From positions 310,001 to 374,000 of the forward strand of contig CP142727.1 of NCBI GenBank assembly GCA_036630325.1: 64,000 bases of DNA, in the 5' to 3' direction. Both the position numbers and the translations under genes were made by a program. This document shows positions 23,664 to 36,543 of this stretch, piece after piece. How positions within the stretch are numbered: the first letter of the stretch is position 1; every line of letters starts with the position of its first letter. Source of the stretch: Vairimorpha necatrix (taxonomy: Eukaryota). The notes beneath the pieces are model-generated. The model ran no database searches and had not been told where the DNA came from. It saw only the letters and a program-made list of their open reading frames with translations.

Positions 23664-24648
23664 TAAAAAGACTTATTGAGTGAATTTTTATTAGTCTTAA
23701 AAAATTATAGCACAGCTGCCCCCCCCCCCCCCGATCGTTCATGGGATTTAGCTCTTCTTAGACTTTGGTTTCTGTGGCATTATTTATGTTTTTCAACTCC
23801 AAATTTTCAGCTTCATTCCCCTTCGCTGACACCACCTCTTTAACAGTCGCCATATTCGCCATTGCGCATACAGCTCTGCCACTTCTTCTTCTCCTGCATC
23901 CTCCTGATCGTATCCTTGTCGTCGTTTTAAAGAGAAAGACTCTAGAGTCTTCTTCAGCGCAGTAGACTGGATGTATTCTACAAGGTAGGGTAAAATTTCA
24001 AGCTCCCTGATGTATTTTCTGTGATATTTGGTCACCGCCCAATCCTTTGTCATTACATAAGGAACTATTATTGTCCGGGTTAAGAATTAGTTCCAGTTCA
24101 TTTGCAAGAAGGTCATATAATCTTAGTTTTCAATTCTCGACTATAGTAAGTCGATCCTGGTTGGTTATACCAACTTCAACTATTAATATTTCTTTCTTCT
24201 TCTTGTCAAACACAAGAATATCAGGCTTATTATGGGTAACCTTTATATTAGCATATTCTCATGTCTACTCTTATTTCTGCATGATCATTTTCCATGATCT
24301 CTTGTACTGAGTGTCCACGTATTTTCTTTGTCTTTTTAAACCCATATTTAATACATAGTAAGAGATGAATGCATCTAACTACCTCGTTGTGTCTTTTCAT
24401 ATAATCAAACCCCAGCATTCGATCACACTTAGTAGCTAAATGATCAACGGTCTTCCTATGAGATCCACAATGGGGACATTGTAACTCTTGTCCACAGAAA
24501 ATATTTCTATCCTGTAGGAAGCAGTAAATTGCTTCGGATTTAGCCTGATTGTTTCCTTTTACCAGCCAGGCAGAAGAGTCCCCAATGCTTACTAAATCAT
24601 TGTCTGTAACTTTAAACAACTTTCCATGGTTTGTCTTTATCTTAATTC
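23664..24648 (-). mobile_element. 5'-truncated RLE-type non-LTR retrotransposon (R4/NeSL-like), defective
   Basis: CPHC...TVDHLATKC zinc knuckle, KRHNEVV, NKPDILVFD...IVEVGIT, KLRLYDLLANEL; in-frame stops; possible TSD taaacRattcataa. Confidence 0.85.
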
Positions 24649-24734
24649 TAAACGATTCATAAAAACTTATTTACGGTAGACTTATTTAAAGGGAATGTGG
24701 TTTAATTGTCTGCTAGTAAATTTGCAAATGTAAT

Positions 24735-24972
24735 TGACATATCCTAATTCGAAGTATGTCTCTAAAATATTTTTATTTACAATTTTTTTATTTATGTTGT
24801 TAGATATAGGGTTCTTCCCTGTGATTGTTTTCTGTTTAGTTCGTCTGGTGTTCATCGTTGTTGTTGTTTATGTATGGATAAGGGCTGAAATTATATTTAT
24901 AGTTTTATATGTTTGTTGTGTAAACAAACAAACAATTCTTCTTGTGGATCTGTGCTGCACAAAGATACCACA
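24735..24972 (-). repeat. 3' LTR
   Basis: Direct repeat of 28686-28923; preceded on the minus strand by the polypurine tract. Confidence 0.95.
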
Positions 24973-24993
24973 ATCTGCCCTTTCCACCAAAAA

Positions 24994-27900
24994 TCAATAG
25001 CTGGTCATCCTTTTTACATTGTCAATGTGTATCCATTCATTTTTTCCACTTATCTTTAGCCATCTTCCCTTCTTACTAACTACTGTGACCTTGTATGGTC
25101 CTAAATAACAATCATCAATTTTTGATCCTGTAAAATTTTTCAAGAAGATCTTATCTCCAATTTTGAATCTATTAATGTCTTCGTTGTTCGTCATTTCCCA
25201 GTTGCTTGTTTTATTATCAATATTTTTTATAGTGTGCGGTTCATGCTTTCCAACCTGCTTGTTTAAGTCAAACGGGGAATATCCGGTTACTATTGCTATG
25301 GGTTGTTCATGGATCCCTCTATGGAAGTTGATATTCAATCTTCTCATAATCATTTTCGTTACTTTCGCTATATTTTCTCCTCTGTACATTCGTATCACTT
25401 CTGCTATTGTCTGATTTAGGCGTTCACTGATGCCATTTGACGAAGGATGATACATAGGTGTTGCAATCTTATTAATGTTTTGTTTTTCTAAAAATATATC
25501 AAACTCTTTGCTGGTGTATTGCTTTCCATTGTCGCAGATTACTGTTTGTGGGCAACCGAAATCTTCGATCCATTTTTTAAATTCCTTTATTAATTTTGTA
25601 GTAGTTGTTTTTTCCATTAAAATTACTCTTGTATACCTACTGTAAATATCAGTTATCGTCAAAAAAAATGCTTTTTCATTAGGTAACGAGTGTTCGTACT
25701 CTACTATTTCAAACGGGCCAAAAATGTCCGTACTTATCTTCTTCATTAATTGGTCTGATTCTATTTTTAAGCTTTTCTTCTTCTTTGTTTTGATTTTCTT
25801 GCATTTAATGCAAACAATGCATTTGCTGACAACTTGCAAAATTCTCTTTTTTATGTTTTTTATATTGTACTTTCTTTTAATATTCTGATACATAACTGTC
25901 ACTCCTGGGTGTACAGTAAATTTGTGTATTTCTTCGATAAATTCTACGGCCTTTTCTTCATGCACAATGTATCTACCGTGTTTGTCTAATAGATATTTTC
26001 CATCTTTTTCTTTTAAATATCGTTTTATGTAATACTCTAATTCGTCGTGTGAAAGCTTAATCGTAAAGCATCTTGAAAGTTTATCTGCTATATGGTTAGT
26101 CGCACCTTCAATGTTGCGTACCGTTACGTCGTATTCGTTCAATAAAAGTTTCCAACGTTCCGTTCTTTTAGATATCGTTTTATTTTCAAAAATGCAGTTT
26201 CTACTGTCTGTCTGTATCTCTATTCTGTATCCCAGAATAAGCACTCTGTAAAATTCTAATGTTTTAATGATTGCAAACATTTCCTTTTCGACAATCGTAT
26301 AATTTTTCTCCGTGTTGTTGAATTTCCTGCTGTAATACCCTATGACTCCATGGGCCTGAAAAATAACTGCTCCCATGCCTTCATTTGAGGCGTCACATTG
26401 TATAATAAATACTCTTTTAAAATCTGGTAAATTTAGTTGTGCTGACGTTTTTATTTCGTGCTTAATCTTCTTTAAGGCTTTAGTTTGAAGTTCTCCCCAC
26501 TTTTCTTTAGTATTTGCTTGTAGCAGCATTGATATGCAAGCAATTCTTCTGCTAACATCTGGTATAAAATTACGATACCATGTTATTATTCCCATTATTT
26601 TTTGGATTTCTTTCTTAGATGTTGGGGTTGCATTCTCATTTATCAGTTTATCTATATTTTTCGTATCAATTCGTATTTGATTACCTTCTATTATATTACC
26701 TAATATTTCTAGTCGTCTTGTTGCAAACATACTCTTTTCAAAGTTTATTTTCACGTTATATAGAGAGAGTCGATCTAATACTTGAGACAAGGTCTGGTTA
26801 TGTTCGCTAGGTGTCTCTCCATATATCACAATATCATCAATATATATTATTATTTTTTCAATCCCATCTAGTATTAGATTTATTGTTTTCTGAAACAACT
26901 TAGGGCCAGATTTGATGCCGAAAGGTATTCTTTTGTACCTGTATTGTTCTCCAAATATGGTAAAACTTGTAATATCTCTACTATATTCGTCCAGTTCCAG
27001 CTGGTTAAAGCCGTTCTTTAAATCAATCTTGCTAAAAAACGTGTTTCCTCCGAGTTTAAGTAAGTTTTCGAAAATTTTTGGTATTAAGCATATCTCATCC
27101 TTGATGAATCTATTGACTATTCTATAATCAACTACTAATCTTAGTTCCTTTGTTTTCTTTTCAATAAAGAAAGAAGGACTCGCATAGTAGTTTCTGCTTC
27201 TTTCAATTATGTCGTTATTTTGAAGTCGTAATATTTATTTCTTTGCTTCTTGTTCGTATTTTAATGGGACCGTATAATATCTCAGGTCTAACTTATGGTC
27301 TTTAATTTTATCCTCAATGTATAGTTTTATAGGTTTTATGTTGATTTTTTTATAATCATCATTCTTTTTCACATATTCTTTTAATTTGTATGGTATTTCC
27401 GAGTTCTCCACAATTTTAGCATCTTCGATCAATAAGACTCGTTCATACAATATTGCATCCATTTCGTCCTCATTGATCTTATCAGCTCCTATCATAGGTA
27501 TCATATTTTTATGAACCATTACACACTTATTTTTGTAATCCAGTAGCCAGCCATTGTTAAGCAAAAAATCGTTGCCTAGAATCATTTTTACAGGTAGTTC
27601 GTTGTATATGTATACGTCTTCTTCAATTTTTTTCTTTACTCCTTCTAATTTTATCGCTACTCTGGCTTTCTTATGAGTGCGTCCTGTCGATCCGTTTCCG
27701 AATTGGAGTGTTACTTCTTCGGTTTCATACATGTCAAGTTTTAATTCCTTAGCTGCTTCTTCATTCAAAAAACTTCTATTAGCTCCATTGTCTATCATTA
27801 TTTCAATTACTGTATTGTTTATCTTTCCCTTGATTTGTGTCTTCTCAAAGTTATTCACCTTTTCCTTGATGTAATAAAAATTATTTTTCTGATTTTTTCC

Positions 27901-28806
27901 TTTCTGTTTGTTATAAAAATCCTTATCGTATTTTGTGCATTCTTCTGTTGTGTGATTACAGTGCTTGTGAAACTTGCAATATTTGTCAGTAAATTTATTC
28001 GTATTATTGTCGTCTTTTTTGAAAACGCTTTTGCTCTCGTAACTGTCTGAGTTGCGTGTTTCTTTCATCTCTTTAGCTCTGATTCTGATCTTGTTCTCAA
28101 GACTTTTCAAAAATTCAAAAGAGTCCCGATAAGTTCCTAGACCATATTCTATTACTCGACCGTATGTAAACTTTCCTAGTCCTGCGTGGAAGGCTTCGTC
28201 GAATAACTTTTCTACTTCAGCTTCAGTTAACTGTTCCATGGTTTTTATAATTACTAAAATCTCCTTGATTGCGTCATAATAGTCTTGCATCTTTTCATAG
28301 TGAGTCTGATGTATGTTTAATAATTTTCTCCTATAATATCTACGCTCCTCTGGCGGAAACTTAAAAGCTATCAAATATCGCTTGATTTCTCTCCAAGACT
28401 GATTCTTATCAAAATCTACTAATCTCGAATCTTTTATTAGTTGTTTTAGTATTGCAAATTGTATTTGTTTGTTCCATTTGTTCATATTTATCAAATTTTC
28501 AAATTCATCGCACCATTTTATGATGTCGATTACTTCTATCTGTTCTATAATTTTCACTTCTTGTGTTAAATTATGTTCTAATCCTTCTATCTTCATTGAG
28601 AAGGTTAATCCTTTTAATTTCGTTTCTTGGTCAGTTTTTTGTTTCATCTTTATTTCGTTTAGGTTCTCATCTTTTGAGCTCAAATTGACATATCCTAATT
28701 CGAAGTATGTCTCTAAAATATTTTTATTTACAATTTTTTTATTTATGTTGTTAGATATAGGGTTCTTCCCTGTGATTGTTTTCTGTTTAGTTCGTCTGGT
28801 GTTCAT
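24994..28806 (-). pseudogene. gag-pol polyprotein (1271 codons) with a single in-frame TAA at 27235-27237
   Basis: CKFHKHCNHTTEEC, MIDNGANRSF (PR), LRLVVDYR / SKIDLKNGF / YIDDIVI (RT), CDASNEGMGA (RH), H-H-C-C and DIFGP/CDNG/SNGISER (IN), all in one frame. Confidence 0.93.
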
Positions 28807-28923
28807 CGTTGTTGTTGTTTATGTATGGATAAGGGCTGAAATTATATTTATAGTTTTATATGTTTGTTGTGTAAACAAACAAACAATTCTTCTTGTGGAT
28901 CTGTGCTGCACAAAGATACCACA
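28686..28923 (-). repeat. 5' LTR
   Basis: Direct repeat of 24735-24972; contains TATA-like tataaaactataaata, a CCC motif and the ATG at 28806. Confidence 0.95.
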
Positions 28924-30130
28924 GTAATGTTTATACTTAAAAAATCTTTATTTTTTTACATAATTTTATAGGCGTGCGCTATTAAAATATATAAAACTAA
29001 GTATTTCGATCATATTTCAGGAATAATTTTTTTTATTATTTATCTAATAAATGCTCGATTTTATTGTGTAATGAAATGATGTATACAATTATTAGTATTA
29101 CAATTAATGATAATTATTTTTATATTTTGCTTAATAATATTAGTGTGTTTGAAAAATGTTGAATTAGAGCAACTAGCACATCAATGTTTTGCGCATTATT
29201 TATACGTATTAAATTTGTTTTAAAAAAGTTATTTTAGGTGGTTGATTAATACTTAGTTCCTTGTTATCCTTCTTTATTCTTTTATTTGGGAACAAAACAT
29301 TAATTTGACGGTATTAAATTTAAAAGTGTCTTATCAATAATCCGAATTAGATTACACATAATTGGTCTTTGTGGTCACTTATTTACCACGGTAGATATAT
29401 AGGAGTGTCAGTGATTTTTGACTGAGTCCAAGTGTATATCAAATTGAAGACTACTTAAAAAATCACTTAATTTTATAGAGTAAAGGAAAAATATACGAAG
29501 TAAGACTCATGATAAGGAATCTTAGAGCTATCTTATACTTACTAATCAGATATTAAGCAGTATTAAAGAACGAAAAGTTTTATTCTTCTATAAATTACAT
29601 ATTTTAAACTTATATACCTTAAAAATAACTCTCGGTTCGCCATTTTGAATTTTTTTTTTTGAGGGATATATTGAGAATATAAAAGATATTTCAATCTACA
29701 GAGCAGAATACCCGTAAATGAAGACGCAATATGCAAAGACGAGAAGGTGGGGACCCATGGAAGGTACATTTATACTTGGTTTGAGAAATTTATTTGGTTT
29801 TGAATTTATCGATGTTAAAGATCTATAAAAATTAAAGATCCTCTTGATATAGTTTTACACATTTACGAATATTATATATAAAAAAACATGAAATTAAAAT
29901 GCTAATAATCTATTAATATGGATATAATATTTTATTCGTATACTGATCAATTGATTTTCCAATTTTTACTTAAAACAGGCCAAAAAATCAAACGCGGCTC
30001 CAATATTTTATATGACGATCAAGAAATTATAAGTAAAGTAGGTTTTATTTATTAAGCTAGTGCAGAGAAAGTAGAAAAACTATTTTTTACCTTAAAAAAT
30101 TAATAAGATTGTTATAATTCATTATTTTAA

Positions 30131-30976
30131 TTATTTATTTATACTTTCATTTATCATTTTTTCAATATTTTGCACAAAATGGAAAATTTGTTCTATATCC
30201 TCATAAAATCTTATGATGTTTCTTTTCAATGGACCCATGCGTGATAAAATATTTTTCTTAAGGTATTTTTCAATATCTTCTTCAAGTATACATTTTTCTG
30301 TATGAAGTATTATTATGGGAAGTGGAATGTTATTAATTATTGTTTTAATATATTTTTCATATATCTGATAAAATTTGAGTAGATATGAATAATGTGTTTT
30401 AACATTACATTGGAACGGGATGACATGAATATATTCTATAATTTTTTGTATAAAATTCAATATAAATACATAGAACTTTATCTTATTATTCGGCAAACTT
30501 GAGTTCCTAAAATGTTTTCTCAAAATTATAAAATATTTTCCCGAATAACATTCTAAATTATAAATCTTATTGTATATTTTTTTTCTATTTATTCTAATTT
30601 CGTTTATTATATCATCATTCAGATTAACAAATGTGTCATAATTATTTGACATATTGTTTAATGCTTTATTTAATATTAAAATTTCATCTAAGACTTTCAT
30701 TGCTTGATTTAAGTCTAAAAGAAGTAAATAATGATTATCTTTTTTTTTGATCAGTTGATTTTCAATGACATTATTTAACACTCCTAATTCTTCGGGCTTT
30801 AACATACTTAGATTTTGATTAAAATATTTTAACTCTACGTCGTCCAATATAATTCCTTCGGCTGATAATTCATCTATTTGATTATTATTATAGTCAATTA
30901 AATCAAATTTATTCGAACAAAATAATGATAAAATAATACTAAACATCAAGTAAATGTTTTTTCTAAGTGTAAACAT
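30131..30976 (-). CDS. Putative secreted protein, family member 2
   Basis: VIENQLIKKKDNHYLLLLDL, ILHTEKCILEE; ccccATG; signal-like N-terminus ending FCS. Confidence 0.8.
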   Translation of the reverse strand: MFTLRKNIYLMFSIILSLFCSNKFDLIDYNNNQIDELSAEGIILDDVELKYFNQNLSMLKPEELGVLNNVIENQLIKKKDNHYLLLLDLNQAMKVLDEILILNKALNNMSNNYDTFVNLNDDIINEIRINRKKIYNKIYNLECYSGKYFIILRKHFRNSSLPNNKIKFYVFILNFIQKIIEYIHVIPFQCNVKTHYSYLLKFYQIYEKYIKTIINNIPLPIIILHTEKCILEEDIEKYLKKNILSRMGPLKRNIIRFYEDIEQIFHFVQNIEKMINESINK

Positions 30977-32999
30977 GGGGCTCTCTACTTGCTAAAAATC
31001 AATATTATATTTTCAACAACCTCAAAATTACCGAACAATACTTGTTATTATTATATGTTTCGAATTTGACTTTACAAATTTAGTAAATAGTTTTCACGGG
31101 AGCATTTTTTAACATCTGTGGATATATTATTTTTTTCAAATCAACGTAACATTGATTTAAGAAATTTTATTTGCACATCTACCATTTGTCTATTATTTGT
31201 AAAAAAATGTATCATCATTTTTATACAGATTAGTTATATATTTCAAAATGAATGAGGACGTGGGTTCAATTTTCAACTATCACCTTTTAAACTATTAAAA
31301 CTTGAAATTATAAACAAAATAATGCCATTACAAGAAAAGTAATTATTTAATTTTTGTATTTAGTATTTTTGATATTTTACGTGTAATATTGATGTCTTTT
31401 CACACAACCATCCGAATATCATTTGCAATATCACGACTGTTGTTTTATTTTTTTTATCTGACAACATGTAAGCTTTATTTTTTTTAGAATTTGCCTGAAC
31501 GTATATGGATTTTTTTATTAGTCTAATTGTCGTAAGAAAAACTAGGATTTATAATATATTAATAGGCTTAATGTCATTCCATGACGTTAAACTACGTAAG
31601 TATACTATTAATTTTATTGAAACTTAATTTTTTAATGAAATTGTTACATAATGATATTTACTACATGAATAAATTTAAATATTATATACTTCACTAAAAT
31701 TATTTTATCATCTATAATACAATTGGAGACATTTTTTTGGATTATAGATGTCAAATATAATCTTAACGAATAAATCAGCGTGGGCAAAGAACTGAAAATG
31801 AGGGCAGAAATGGTAGAGACAAGACGTAAAGCACGAATAATGATTTAGTGCCTTCTCGGAAGTAAATTATGTATTTATTGGTTTTTTTTGATCTATATTT
31901 TTATATGTCTTTCGCTTTTCCAAAGCACAGCATGTGTGAAAGAACAAAATCATATCGAGTGAATCTTTGTAATAGATGCTGCAAATACTCGGGAAAATTG
32001 CACGTTTTCTTATAGCATCATTAATAAAAATCTCAAATTTTCTTAAAAAACATTTTTGTATACGTTCATAATAGGTTTAATGAAATTTCTTTATAATTTT
32101 TATAAAAAAATTACAAGAGCTATCATATGTCATAAAATTACATTCGCCTTTATCTTAATTTCACCTTAAACTCTAATACTAATTTTAAAAATATTGTAGT
32201 TTATATTATTGTTTATACGGTTATAATTTTTAGGAGATCTTTTACGTATTTTCTCCAACAGTTCGTACTATCATACTATTCTCGGCATCGTAACAACTTT
32301 CAATATTCAAGAATATTTCAGATTAAAAAAAAAATATATGTATTGTTGTATAATAGATATAAAAAGGATAGAGGAATAAATAAAGTTTAAAATTAATATG
32401 CGATTCAAAGATATCCAAATGCAAATACAGTCGTGCTACTTTATTAGAAATTTTTTACAATATTTGTCAAGTCATCTTCCTATCTACAACTATTGTATAC
32501 TCTCAAGAGTTTTCTTACGCCATGCAATTAAATGTATGCTTGTCTAGTCGGCAACATTTTTCCTCAAATATTTTGGTGTTTCTAATACGCTATACTGCTC
32601 CAAGTAAGCACCATAAAAAAAACCATGATCTTGCACTCATGGGATTTGGGCGAGCATATTTGTTATTATTTTTAAACTATACTTTGGAAATTACTGTTTT
32701 AATACTAAAATTTCAAACTTAAAAATTCGGATCCTTTGCTTAAATATAAATACAATATATGTTATAAATTTTAATTTTTATTTAGACCTAATTGTAGCAT
32801 CCACTTATCTATACGTAATTTTTAGATCGAAACTATTGCACATATCTTCCAGAATACTAATATGTTTTTATTGTTTTATGGAGAAATTTCTCAAATTATA
32901 GTATAAATCTGAGAATATACACTATTTTTTTAAATAAATCTATATAAGAAGAAACAATTCATTTAAGCATCATTGGCGAATTAATTATTTATTGAAGCT

Positions 33000-33180
33000 T
33001 TTGTTTGTATTCTTTTTTTCAGTTTGCCTTTAAAGCTGCGAGCTCTATCTGGTCACACAACCTTCTAGCTACCTCTGCTATGTTCTTGGTCCCCGATACT
33101 CCCTCAGCGAGTCCCTGAGGTGTTTAAATGAAATCCTTTCTAGTGTCTTTTCTATAATTACATTTGAATCTAAGACGGTA
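33000..33180 (-). mobile_element. 3' fragment of RLE-type non-LTR retrotransposon
   Basis: Minus strand reads EKTLERISFKHLRD, matching KKTLESFSLKRRQG and KKTLESNSLEYRRRG in the other copies. Confidence 0.55.
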
Positions 33181-34880
33181 TTAGTCGATAGGACGATGGT
33201 ATTAACAACATTATGTGATATGTTTTCACATTTCCATCCATGTAATGACGTATGGAATTATTTGAACTTTTTATTTGTACATTAGGCCCAATTCATTTTC
33301 CAAGATATCGTAATTTCCGAGTTTGGCCTTCCTCCTTTTTTAAATTATCGTGGATAATTGTTCCAATTCCGATAGTGTTACAACATCATTGACAATATAT
33401 ATTATTATATCCCGTTGTAGTATATTTAAACTTATTTTTTCTCAATATGTAAATCATATTAATTTAGTCATAAAACGCTATTTAATAAATTAATGACAAA
33501 ATCTATAAAAAAATTATATGAAGTTAATGATATGATGGTACATCAATTAAGAATTTTTAATGCATAGTTATGTAATTATCTCGAGAAATTGTGAGAATTA
33601 ACATTTTTTTAGTCAAAGGTGTTTTCTGCATTGAATTTTTCATGTTTCATCAGAGTATTTACAAATTAAAAATCAAAATTAATTTCTCTTGAATTTGAGA
33701 TAATATGTAGCAAAAAGCTTTGTAAAAAATACATTGTAATAGTATAATAATGTACTTATTGTTCTTGTATAAACTTACTTATGTAAAATAATAAAAAATT
33801 TTCGAATACCCTGCCATGAAGAGTACAATTAATTTGTAAGTAAGAGGAAACGTAATAACACACAAATAGTTGTCTATTACTACAATTGGAATACAAGTCG
33901 AGTTTTGAGTCAAATAGGACAAACCAAAATCATATAAATAAAATTTACAGAATTAGGTGAAATTTTCAGAAAATATTTGACAGAAAGCCGTTTCGTTAAT
34001 TTCAATGGTAACAAGCAAGCGATAAATTATTCTTATTTGTATTGAGTATAGAAAGTCTAGGTCGCCACAACAAGTTTTTGTAGCTGTAAAAGCATTTGTA
34101 AAGCCTTTTTGACCCTTAGCAAGAAATTTGTATCCAATGACACACCATGATGAGGACGCAGGATATAAGTTCTCGATCATTTTGTATAAAGATGAAAAGG
34201 TACTTTGATTTCATTAGACTCACATCGCATTTCTTACTAAAAGTTTCAGTCAACCCCTAGTTTGATAGCATACTTCATATGTACTCTCTATAAAAGTTTC
34301 TTTCATTGAAATAGATATATCTATTAACAGGTAAGTCTTTTTAGTGTATTAGCATTAAAATTATTTAATCTTGAGTTTATGTCTTCTAATCATCATCATC
34401 ATATATATAAAAGAATTTTATTTAATTTTTTACCCCTCTTTTTTGTGACTTTGAAATTTCTAAACTTCATATTATAGCTTATTGTGTTATTATAATATCA
34501 AATATAAACTCATTGAAGGATTTTGACTATCGTAAGTGTGTATGTTATAAGTTGATACTTTTTTGTTTTAATTATTATTTTTGTAGAACTCAGTTCCAAA
34601 ATATCGTCAGAATCGTTTTTTAGAATTTATTTAACCCTTCTAGAAAAAATTGACAAAAATAATAACCAAAGAAAAGTTGAATGTAAGTGTCAAAAATTGA
34701 GCTTAGAAGTTTCCAAAATTATCTCATTGTAATTATTAAATGTTTTTAGCTCAACTTTACTCCTTATATGTTACTAAAAAGTATTTTGTAAATTCATGTT
34801 TTTTCCTTTTCAAATTTATTTTTCCCAAAATGGAAACTCAAAAAATAAAGTAGAAATAAATGCCATGAACAATATATCAA

Positions 34881-34913
34881 TCCCGTTTTCCAAAACGGGA
34901 AAGCATACGCTAG
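34881..34913 (+). mobile_element. Helitron-like 3' terminus
   Basis: Hairpin tcccgtttt-cc-aaaacggga, 9-nt spacer, then CTAG followed by T. Confidence 0.5.
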
Positions 34914-35054
34914 TCTTTTTAATAAAAGATTGTTTTCAGAAAAAAATTGAGAATTTTCAGTGACACAATAAAGTAAAATATCTTAATAATTTAATTTGTC
35001 AAGGAATTACTAGTTGTTATTCAAATAAAAATAATTTATAAACAAGTATTTTTT

Positions 35055-35704
35055 GGTACATGACCGTTTGGAACCCGCTTTGGGAAAATGAACCAGCATT
35101 GAAATTTTAAAGGACCCCCCTTTAAAAAAATGGCAAAATTGGCAAAAACAATGTTTGTTGAGGCAGATGAGGTTTTTAGTGATGAAATGTATTCATTCAT
35201 GGAATATAAAGAAAAGTTTATTTTGGAAACATTTGATGCTGAATCGACGTGCGCCTTGATCGTTTCTGTAACTTATAGAAATACTGCTTTTCCTTGAGGT
35301 AATACAAGAAAATGTATAACCTGTTTCTCTTATGATCTCTAATCAATGGATAGCATATGATGCCACATTAGCTAAGCGAAGGGATGGAGCACAGTACTAA
35401 GAATCACTCCATAAATGCTATAACATCTAGCGATTCTGAGTCACAACACCATATAATTTAGTTAGTTTTGGCTCATTTCGATAAGAGATATTCGATCTTA
35501 ACATAAACAAAGAAGAACACTATGAGTACCTTTTACAGTTTCACTGGGCTTTCCAAATTCCCAAAAATCACCGGAAAAATTGTCTTCTGTCATTATTTAA
35601 AATAAATCGTTAAGTCCCTTTTTTTTTTTTTTATTTTTCCCTTTTTTTGAATTTTTTCAATGCGGGTTCATTTTCCCAAAGCGGGTTCCAAACGGTCATG
35701 TACC
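35055..35704 (+). mobile_element. Second Merlin-type element, internally deleted and non-autonomous
   Basis: About 50-bp TIRs GGTACATGACCGTTTGGAACCCGCTTTGGGAAAATGAACC; 8-bp TSD TATTTTTT; remnants FVEADE and QWIAY. Confidence 0.88.
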
Positions 35705-36543
35705 TATTTTTTATAAAAGGTATAATAATTAAAACAGAAATAACATATAAACCCTCACCATTTTACTGCATTTGAAAATAAACGTATTAAAATATAATCC
35801 AATATTTAATTCTGTTTAAACTACGAATTACGTGTCTGAAAGTATACATAGTATGATATCTATGTAATGTAAATAGGTTATTACATAAAAATCGCCAATA
35901 TTAAATCAAAGATGGTCATGTATGAGGGGTAACACTTGACAACACTTCAAGGAAGAATATTAATATCATAATGTACACAATAAAAGCAAATGCCAGATTA
36001 ATTTTTTATAAATTTTCGTAGCATTCGTTGTTTAAGTCGGATGGGAAGGTCTATTGCGCATTATGTTAGGATGACAAACGCATTATATTTTTTCTACAAA
36101 CTTTAATATAGGTATAATAATATACTAGAAAATTATTTTGACATTTAAATGAACCGTTTTTGTATATACAGTGATCCCGAGATCGTGTGATCTAAGTAAT
36201 GGGTCCATATGTCAATACCCCAACATGACATCATCATATACATCGAACGGATTATTTCAAAGATTGAGGCGAAGCACAAAGTTTATATCTTCGGAGAATG
36301 TTGTTATACGAAAGGGAGATGTTTAAGTATGTTTTTTACGATGAGAGAATATTCTATTGGAGCTGAGATGCAATGAATACGACTAATCTTTCTATAACAT
36401 AGTTGTAGAAAGTGTAATTTAAAAATTTGTCTTGCATATTACCATTTAAATGTTCAATCATGTTAAATAAATTTCTCTGAGCGTAACTATTACAAAAACA
36501 GATATTCTACGAATAAAATATAATAATATTTGTAGGTTGGTTT

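Larger units (their letters stand above)
24735..28923 (-). mobile_element. Full-length Ty3/Gypsy LTR retrotransposon
   Basis: Identical 238-bp LTRs (TG...CA), 5-bp TSD GTAAT (24730-24734, 28924-28928), PPT ggtggaaagggcagat, domain order Gag-PR-RT-RH-IN. Confidence 0.97.

Noticed and set aside
24734-25414. Plus-strand ORFs over the Gypsy element (also 26619-28927)
   Set aside because: Antisense shadows of gag-pol and the LTRs; hydrophobic bias mirrors the Lys/Glu-rich sense strand
33953-34180. 75-aa ORF with IEINET (Merlin-like VEIDET)
   Set aside because: Single weak motif; no TIR or TSD found
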